A DNA stretch of 64,000 nucleotides from an uncultured Terricaulis sp. Lineage in GTDB: Bacteria; Pseudomonadota; Alphaproteobacteria; Caulobacterales; Aquidulcibacteraceae. Made by a program: the position numbers and the translations under genes. This document shows positions 58,159 through 64,000 of this stretch, piece after piece (the stretch's first letter is position 1; every line of letters starts with the position of its first letter). A model generated the notes under the pieces. That model was not told the DNA's origin. It saw nothing but the letters and a program-made list of their open reading frames with translations, and made no database searches. The stretch is from positions 2,689 to 66,688 of the forward strand of contig CAZZFE010000016.1 of assembly GCA_964653495.1 (NCBI GenBank), read 5' to 3'.

Positions 58159-59535
58159 ATGCAAATTAGCCTCACCAACACCCTGACGCGGCGAAAAGAG
58201 CCGTTCACGCCCGCCGATCCGGCCCGGGTGACGATGTATGTGTGCGGTCCTACGGTCTACAATCACCCCCACATCGGCAATGCGCGCCCGCCAGTTGTGT
58301 TCGACACGCTGTTTCGGCTGCTGCGGCATGTCTACGGGGAAAGCGCCGTTATCTACGCGCGCAACTTTACCGACATCGACGACAAGATCATCGCCGCCGC
58401 CAACAAGGCTGGCGTGCCGATCGAAGCGATCACGGAAAAATACGCGCAGATCTACGAAGACGACATGAGCGCGCTCGGCGTGATCACGCCGACGCTTCGC
58501 CCGCGCGCGACGCAGCACGTCGATGGCATGATCGCTCTGATCCAGAAATTGATAGACATGGGCGCGGCTTATGTCGTGCCGAGCGGCGTGTACTTCGAGG
58601 TTTCGAAGGACGAGGATTACGGCAAGCTCTCCAACCGTTCGCAGGACGATCTCCGCGCTGGCGCGCGCGTTGAAGGCGAGGACGATAAGCGCGGGCCTTC
58701 AGATTTCGCGCTCTGGAAAACCAACAAGCCGGGCGAGCCGTTCTGGGAGGCGCCTTTCGGCAATGGCCGGCCGGGTTGGCACATCGAGTGCTCGGCGATG
58801 ATCGAAGCGGAGCTTGGCGGCACGATCGACATTCATGGCGGCGGCCTCGATCTCATCTTCCCGCACCACGAAAATGAAATCGCCCAAAGCGAAACCGCGC
58901 ATGGCCATGCGCTGGCGCGCGTCTGGATGCACAACGGCTTCCTGACGATGGATTCGACCAAGATGTCGAAGAGCCTCGGCAACATCGTCACCGTCCGCGA
59001 ACTGCTGAACGATGGCTGGCAGGGCGAGACCCTGCGCTGGGCGCTGCTGAGCGCCCATTATCGCGCGCCGCTCGATTGGAGCGACGACCTGATGCGCCAG
59101 GCGCAGGCGAGCCTGGATCGCTTGTACGGCGCGCTGCTGCGGCTGAAGGATGTGACGCCCGCACAGGTTGGCGCGCCGCAAGCATTTCTCGATGCGCTCG
59201 CCGACGATCTCAACACGCCGGAAGCCATAGCGGAAATGTTCGCGCTGGCGACGGCCGCGAACGTCGCCAAAAAGCCCGCGGAGCAGGCCGAGGCCAAAGC
59301 GCGGTTGATGGCGGCTGCAAAGCTGCTCGGCGTGTTGCAGGACGATCCAGCGCAATGGTTCCGCGCCTCGTTCGGCGAGCAGGCGGTAGAGATCGACGCC
59401 CTCGTCGCCGAACGCGTCGCCGCGCGCACGGCCAAGAATTACGCGGAATCCGATCGCCTGCGCGACGCGCTGGCCGCGCGCGGGGTCGAGGTGATGGACG
59501 GGCCGAGCGGCTCTACGTGGCGACGGAAGACGTGA
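58159..59535 (+). CDS. cysS: Cysteine--tRNA ligase
   Basis: CGPTVY, HIGNAR, GRPGWHIECS, FPHHENE and KMSKS. Confidence 0.97.
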   Translation: MQISLTNTLTRRKEPFTPADPARVTMYVCGPTVYNHPHIGNARPPVVFDTLFRLLRHVYGESAVIYARNFTDIDDKIIAAANKAGVPIEAITEKYAQIYEDDMSALGVITPTLRPRATQHVDGMIALIQKLIDMGAAYVVPSGVYFEVSKDEDYGKLSNRSQDDLRAGARVEGEDDKRGPSDFALWKTNKPGEPFWEAPFGNGRPGWHIECSAMIEAELGGTIDIHGGGLDLIFPHHENEIAQSETAHGHALARVWMHNGFLTMDSTKMSKSLGNIVTVRELLNDGWQGETLRWALLSAHYRAPLDWSDDLMRQAQASLDRLYGALLRLKDVTPAQVGAPQAFLDALADDLNTPEAIAEMFALATAANVAKKPAEQAEAKARLMAAAKLLGVLQDDPAQWFRASFGEQAVEIDALVAERVAARTAKNYAESDRLRDALAARGVEVMDGPSGSTWRRKT

Positions 59536-59544
59536 TCGCGGATT

Positions 59545-60009
59545 TCAATTGTCGCGCTGAATCGGCCGGACGTATCGACAGCACTCCAACAACTCCGGCT
59601 CGGCAAGTTCCTGAGGTACGAGGCGAGCGGACGAACCAGCGTTGTAATATGATCCGCGGTTCTCAAAACTCCCGCTGATCTTGATGTAGAGTGGTGCGCG
59701 GCCCTCGATCTCAATCGGAAACTTGAGGTCTGGCCACCCAGTGTCTCCTGCCCAATCGACGCGAACCTCGCGCGTCCCGACTGGCAGCGGCACGACTGTG
59801 TAGGCGCGCTCCGCGGGGCTGATTATAGGTTGATCGTCAACATAGATGATCGGCGCGCGGAGAGTTGGGTACGCGCCGATGCGATAGATGTATAGGTTGC
59901 TTTGCCCCGCGGGCGGGTCCGCTGCGCGAACGTAAGTTGGCGCGTTCATCGGTACCGTCGCGCACGCGCTTAGCAGCAGGCCAATTGCCGCGAATACAAT
60001 GTTCTTCAT
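59545..60009 (-). CDS. DUF2846-like lipoprotein
   Basis: Lipobox LSAC; LYIYR...IYVDDQ beta pattern. Confidence 0.6.
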   Translation of the reverse strand: MKNIVFAAIGLLLSACATVPMNAPTYVRAADPPAGQSNLYIYRIGAYPTLRAPIIYVDDQPIISPAERAYTVVPLPVGTREVRVDWAGDTGWPDLKFPIEIEGRAPLYIKISGSFENRGSYYNAGSSARLVPQELAEPELLECCRYVRPIQRDN

Positions 60010-60152
60010 GGCGCTCCCCGTCACAGAGAACCACACCAACCGCCCGTCGCAAACCCCTGAACGCTAGCCGCCACAATCTCGCCCTTGCCTTCCGCGTGCG
60101 CCCCTCTAAGCCTCCGACCAGGGACGATGTCGGGGGACATCCAGGAGCAGGC

Positions 60153-60617
60153 ATGCGCTTTTTCGCTTTGGCATTGGCCGCCGTTTTGGCCGCGTGCGCG
60201 ACGACCTCGGACGTCGTCAACAGCGTGTCCGGCCGTGAGACCACGCCCAACCCGTTCCCGGTCGAGCGCGGCTCAGCGATGGCCCCGCCAGCGCAGACCG
60301 CGCCTGGCCGCACGGCGCCGCCGGAAGGCCGCGCCGGCCAAGTCGATTTCGGCCAATGGCGCAGCGCCGATCCGGCCACGTACGCGCCCGCTTGGCGGGA
60401 GCAGATGCAGACGCTGATCGCCGGGGCGGATCGCGCCGCCTCACGCGCTGCGCTGACGCAGGCCGGCTTCGCCTGCGAAGGGAGCGGTGAGCGGCTCGAT
60501 TGCCGCATCGAGATCATGGAAAACCAGTGCGCCGTGGATTGGTACGTCGTCGCCGAACCTGGGCGCCGCGATGTCGCTGCCGGCTTCGACAAGATGTGTC
60601 TCGGCGCGCGCCGCTGA
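60153..60617 (+). CDS. Cys-rich lipoprotein
   Basis: GGAG RBS; lipobox LAAC; W..A...L...F.C...C...C...W pattern. Confidence 0.7.
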   Translation: MRFFALALAAVLAACATTSDVVNSVSGRETTPNPFPVERGSAMAPPAQTAPGRTAPPEGRAGQVDFGQWRSADPATYAPAWREQMQTLIAGADRAASRAALTQAGFACEGSGERLDCRIEIMENQCAVDWYVVAEPGRRDVAAGFDKMCLGARR

Positions 60618-60635
60618 GCGTGCTAAGTGAGCCCA

Positions 60636-61073
60636 ATGAAGAAGTTTCTCGTTCTCGCCATCGCGCTGTTCGCCGCCGCCTGCGGCACCGTGCAAACCAC
60701 AACGCCGTCGCGCAACGTGCCGCCAGGCATCCCGTCGACGCCGCTTGAGCTTGGCAATTGGCAGAACGCGAACGTGGGCCTCACGCTCACGCAATTCTCG
60801 CAGAACGTGGCGCGCCGCTACCAGCCGGGCTTGCCGCTGTCAGCGGTCAGCGGTGATTTGCGCCGCCAGGAATTCACCTGCGCCAACAACACGGACGCCG
60901 TGCGCGGCGATCCGCCGGATGCGATCTGCCGCAAGACCGAAACCGTCAATGGCTGCACGCACACCTGGCAAGTCCATCTCTTCGACGAGAACAACAACCA
61001 AATCCTGCTGCGCACGCGCGGTCTCTATGATCGCCGCTGCGGCAATGACGGCTTGCTCGGCGGGCCGGGCTGA
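60636..61073 (+). CDS. Cys-rich lipoprotein, probable paralogue of the previous gene
   Basis: Lipobox AAAC; same Trp/Cys spacing. Confidence 0.7.
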   Translation: MKKFLVLAIALFAAACGTVQTTTPSRNVPPGIPSTPLELGNWQNANVGLTLTQFSQNVARRYQPGLPLSAVSGDLRRQEFTCANNTDAVRGDPPDAICRKTETVNGCTHTWQVHLFDENNNQILLRTRGLYDRRCGNDGLLGGPG

Positions 61074-61078
61074 AGTTC

Positions 61079-61167
61079 GGGATTAGGGACTAGGGATTAG
61101 GGACTAGGGATTGGGGATTAGGGGCGCGTTCTTTCCACCCAATCCCTAATCCCCAAAACCCAATCCC
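61079..61167. repeat. Heptamer tandem repeat (GGGAYTA)x6 with an inverted degenerate copy
   Basis: GGGATTA GGGACTA GGGATTA GGGACTA GGGATTG GGGATTA GGGG ... CCCAATC CCTAATC CCCAAAA CCCAATC. Confidence 0.85.
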
Positions 61168-61610
61168 TACGAAGCCAGATACTCAGCCACGTCTTCCGCT
61201 TCGAGTGTCAGGTTCGGCACCAGGCGGAAATTGAACGCGACGTTCTGGCCGCTGAGCCGTGTGAGCGCTTGGCGGCCCGTCATGATCGCGCGCGGCGAGG
61301 CGGGGCCCCAAACGCCGGAGAGACGCGCGGCGCTCGAATAGATCAAGCCGAAGCTGACATTGTCGCGGCCCTGAATGATGCGCGGCGCGGAATCCGCCGC
61401 GCTGTTGGCCAAAGCGAGCGCGACCTGGCTTGAGAGCAGCGCGCGGCGAAACGCAGGGCGCGCTTCGGGATCGCGGAAGGCGTCGAGGAACGCGCGCTCG
61501 AGATCGTTCTCGGGCTGGATTTGGCCAAGCGTCAGCGCCGCTTGCGCGTGCGCCAGGGTGGGCAGGGCGACGGCGGCGAGGCTCCCTGTAAGAAGCGTTC
61601 GTCTCAGCAT
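61167..61610 (-). CDS. SseB-like domain protein with a twin-arginine-type signal
   Basis: MLRRTLL...AHA; NDLERA...FRRALLSSQV. Confidence 0.5.
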   Translation of the reverse strand: MLRRTLLTGSLAAVALPTLAHAQAALTLGQIQPENDLERAFLDAFRDPEARPAFRRALLSSQVALALANSAADSAPRIIQGRDNVSFGLIYSSAARLSGVWGPASPRAIMTGRQALTRLSGQNVAFNFRLVPNLTLEAEDVAEYLAS

Positions 61611-61648
61611 GTTATTCCCTCGTGTCCTTGCCGCCTTGCTAGCGCACC

Positions 61649-61758
61649 AGCGCATTTCAGCAAAAGTGGTAGCCGGTTTTGCGTCCGAAATGCGCTGAAA
61701 CAAGAATCTGTCGCGCCTTCCGGGCGGAAAACCGGTTCCCACTTTTCCTGAAGGCGCG
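61649..61758. repeat. RIME-like inverted palindrome pair
   Basis: AGCGCATTTCAGCAAAAGTGG..CCGGTTTTGCGTCCGAAATGCGCT and GCGCCTTC..GAAAACCGG..CCACTTTTCCTGAAGGCGC. Confidence 0.7.
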
Positions 61759-61779
61759 ACAGGGCCACATAAAGGCGCG

Positions 61780-62217
61780 ATGGAGGAGCTTTATCACCCC
61801 CGCGTGCTGGAACTGGCCGCCGATATCCCCCACGTGGGGCGCCTCGACGCGCCGGATGGGGCCGCGACCAAGGTCAGCCGCGTCTGCGGCTCGGTGGTCA
61901 GTGTTGAACTGAAGCTCAACGACGGCGTGGTCAGCGAAATCGCCGTTCACCCGAAGGCCTGCGCGCTGGGGCAGGCGAGCACTGCGGTGCTCGCGCAAAA
62001 CGCCATCGGCGCGACGCCCGCCGAAATCCGCCAAGCCCGCGACGGCCTGCGCGCCATGCTCAAGGACCACGCCGCCCCGCCAACGGGCCGCTTCTGGGAG
62101 CTGCGCCACCTAGAAGCCGTCCGCGATTTCCCCCCACGCCACGCCAGCACCATGCTCGCCTTCGACGCGGCGGTTGAAGCGCTGGAGAAAGCGCAGACTT
62201 CGGCGTCGCAGCGCTAA
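61780..62217 (+). CDS. IscU/NifU-N-like Fe-S scaffold protein
   Basis: SRVCGS, ACALGQAS and RHAST. Confidence 0.85.
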   Translation: MEELYHPRVLELAADIPHVGRLDAPDGAATKVSRVCGSVVSVELKLNDGVVSEIAVHPKACALGQASTAVLAQNAIGATPAEIRQARDGLRAMLKDHAAPPTGRFWELRHLEAVRDFPPRHASTMLAFDAAVEALEKAQTSASQR

Positions 62218-62744
62218 GGTCGGAAATAGCCAACGATGTTGAGCTGCCTTTCAGCTTCGCGCAGCGTGCTCGCCGTCGATGTTCGCTGCTGAAATCTTCG
62301 CCCGCCGAAATTGGTCTCGGAGATGGTGATCGAATTGCGCGTCACTGTTTCAACGTAGGCAACATGTCCAACGTCTCGATACTGACCGCCGCGCACCTCA
62401 ATGATCGCGATGCTTCCGGCTCGAGGCTCGTTGGAATTGATGATCGCGCGCTTGTCGGCCATCGTGAAAAGGCCGGATGGGAGATTGCGAACCCGGCTGC
62501 GCGCGTAGTCGACGCATTCGCGATCGTCGCTGCGCTGATCAAAGGTGCGAATTGGCTCCGGCGCCGGCGAAATCGTAGGCGTGGGGCAACGCACGAGAAC
62601 GGCGCGGCGCACTGGTGGCGTTGAGTTCGATTGCGTCTCGACGATTTGGCCGCTCGGCAAGCGCCAGCAGGCGGCGTTTGCGTCGGGTGGGATTAGCAGG
62701 ACGAAGGCAAGGCAAGCGAATAGAAGTACGCAGCGCGCAAACAT
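62214..62744 (-). CDS. Exported CHAP-domain protein
   Basis: Signal peptide; ECVDYAR, GHVAYVE and ISETNF. Confidence 0.8.
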   Translation of the reverse strand: MFARCVLLFACLAFVLLIPPDANAACWRLPSGQIVETQSNSTPPVRRAVLVRCPTPTISPAPEPIRTFDQRSDDRECVDYARSRVRNLPSGLFTMADKRAIINSNEPRAGSIAIIEVRGGQYRDVGHVAYVETVTRNSITISETNFGGRRFQQRTSTASTLREAERQLNIVGYFRP

Positions 62745-62807
62745 CGGGTCGCTCCTGTAAACAATCGAGGGTTGCACCCTAGTTCGGCCGATTGAAAGGA
62801 ACAAGAG

Positions 62808-63215
62808 ATGTCGCAATCGCCGCCCCTCAATCACGCCGACGGCAAAGCCTTGCGCAAAGCGGCGCTCGCTTATCCGGACACGGTGGAAGATTTTCCGTGG
62901 GGGCATTCGGCGTTCAAGGTGGGCGGCAAGAAGGCGTTCATGTTCATGGGCGCCGATGAGGACGGCGGCTTTTCGTGTTCGATGAAGCTGCCGTTCCGCA
63001 ATGAAGAAGCGCTGAAGATCAAAGGCGCCAAGCCAACGGAGTACGGACTTGGGCCTTCCGGGTGGGTGACGTTCTCGTTCAGTGCGAAGTCGAAGCCGCC
63101 GCTGGCGAAGCTGGTGGATTATCTCGATGAAAGCTGGCGCGCGGTTGCGCCGAAGAAGCTCTCCGCTGCGCATGCCCCAAACGCAACGAAGCGGCGGAAG
63201 ACCGCCGCTTCGTGA
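62808..63215 (+). CDS. MmcQ/YjbR-family protein
   Basis: EDFPWG..AFKVGGK, YGLGPSGWV and ESWRAVAPKK. Confidence 0.85.
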   Translation: MSQSPPLNHADGKALRKAALAYPDTVEDFPWGHSAFKVGGKKAFMFMGADEDGGFSCSMKLPFRNEEALKIKGAKPTEYGLGPSGWVTFSFSAKSKPPLAKLVDYLDESWRAVAPKKLSAAHAPNATKRRKTAAS

Positions 63216-63236
63216 ACGCGTTCGTGTTGTCGCGTG

Positions 63237-63491
63237 TTAGACGCGTCCGCGCCTGAACATGCTGACGATCGCCAACAGCAACATCGCGCCGAGCGCCGAG
63301 ACAACCAAGCTGCCCCAGAAGCCGGCGAAGCCGATGTCGAGGCCGTCAGCGGTCAACGCGCCCAGGAATGCGCCCAGCATGCCGACGATCAGGTTGGTGA
63401 GCAGGCCGTGGCTGCGGCCCATGACTTGTTCGGCGATCCAGCCGGCGAGAATGCCGATCACGATCGCGCCGAGTAGCGAGACTTCATTCAT
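63237..63491 (-). CDS. GlsB/YeaQ/YmgE stress-response membrane protein
   Basis: IGILAGWIA...NLIVGMLGAFLG...ALGAMLLL. Confidence 0.9.
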   Translation of the reverse strand: MNEVSLLGAIVIGILAGWIAEQVMGRSHGLLTNLIVGMLGAFLGALTADGLDIGFAGFWGSLVVSALGAMLLLAIVSMFRRGRV

Positions 63492-63511
63492 GTGTGGTCC
63501 TCCGCATCGCC

Positions 63512-63537
63512 AACGGCGCGCGGAGGCCGGTAGTTCC
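63512..63537 (-). promoter_or_regulatory. EcfG/SigT general-stress promoter
   Basis: GGAAC-N17-CGTT 20 nt upstream of the GlsB/YeaQ start. Confidence 0.7.
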
Positions 63538-63542
63538 CGCTC

Positions 63543-63662
63543 TTAGCGGCGGCGCGAGGGCTTCACGCGCTCAAGCACGAGTGAAAGCTTGTTCACGCCC
63601 CAATACAGGAAGCCGCCAAAGCCGCCCGCCGCCGCAAACAGCGCCATGTCGTGCAAATTCAT
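63543..63662 (-). CDS. 39-aa small membrane protein
   Basis: GGAG RBS; MNLHDMALFAAAGGFGGFLYWGVNKLSLVLERVKPSRRR. Confidence 0.5.
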   Translation of the reverse strand: MNLHDMALFAAAGGFGGFLYWGVNKLSLVLERVKPSRRR

Positions 63663-63838
63663 CCGCTCTCTCCGCTCCGTGTTCGCTCTTAGAGAGAGGC
63701 GCTGGCCCACGCCAGCGCCGGCAACACGCCTTTGCGCTAGGCTCACCAGGATTTTGCAGCTAGCTTTCGGCCCGGAAAGATTTGGCCAAAGATTTGGGTG
63801 GGGACCCAGGCTCGGCCCATGCTCGGGGAGAAACGCAC

Positions 63839-64000
63839 ATGATCCGTTTGTTGGTGCTGTTGCTGATCATCGCAGGCGTAGCCGGCTATTTCACGCGTCC
63901 GCAGGAAGCGGTGTTGCGCGAAGCCGCGGACGCCGTGCTGCAGGATCCGGCGAACATTTCGCAGGGTCTTGAGAGCATCGGCGCAACGCTCGCCGGCGAT
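63839..64000 (+). CDS. Membrane-anchored hypothetical protein (3'-truncated by window edge)
   Basis: GGGGAG RBS; MIRLLVLLLIIAGVAGYFTRP... Confidence 0.6.
   Translation, partial: MIRLLVLLLIIAGVAGYFTRPQEAVLREAADAVLQDPANISQGLESIGATLAGD

Overview
High-GC alphaproteobacterial chromosome segment. The gene content suggests Caulobacterales/Hyphomonadaceae, but that assignment is inference. Most of it is housekeeping: ileS-lspA-M16 peptidase pair, mutL, folP, thiD, serC-serA, purA, rpoH, rluD, hisI, folE and cysS, interspersed with TetR/AraC regulators, secreted hydrolases, lipoproteins and several palindromic REP-like families. The outstanding region is a minus-strand RNA-repair/translation-stress module at about 17.56-20.65 kb. 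It runs: 31-codon leader peptide with terminator/antiterminator, rtcB, a NADAR protein, a small SEC-C zinc-finger gene, then four divergent tRNAs (Gln-UUG, a CAU tRNA with a long variable arm, Pro-UGG with A37, Glu-UUC). The SEC-C gene can only be completed through three +1 shifts, two of them with prfB-like architecture. Other notable items: a leader peptide and hairpin before ileS, a LexA box on a promoter facing rpoH, a palindrome inserted in frame in mutL, and a sigma-region-2-like mini-protein. Two isolated frameshifts (emrB-like, NUDIX) show that sequence errors cannot be excluded. All calls come from reading the sequence and the ORF track; no searches were run.
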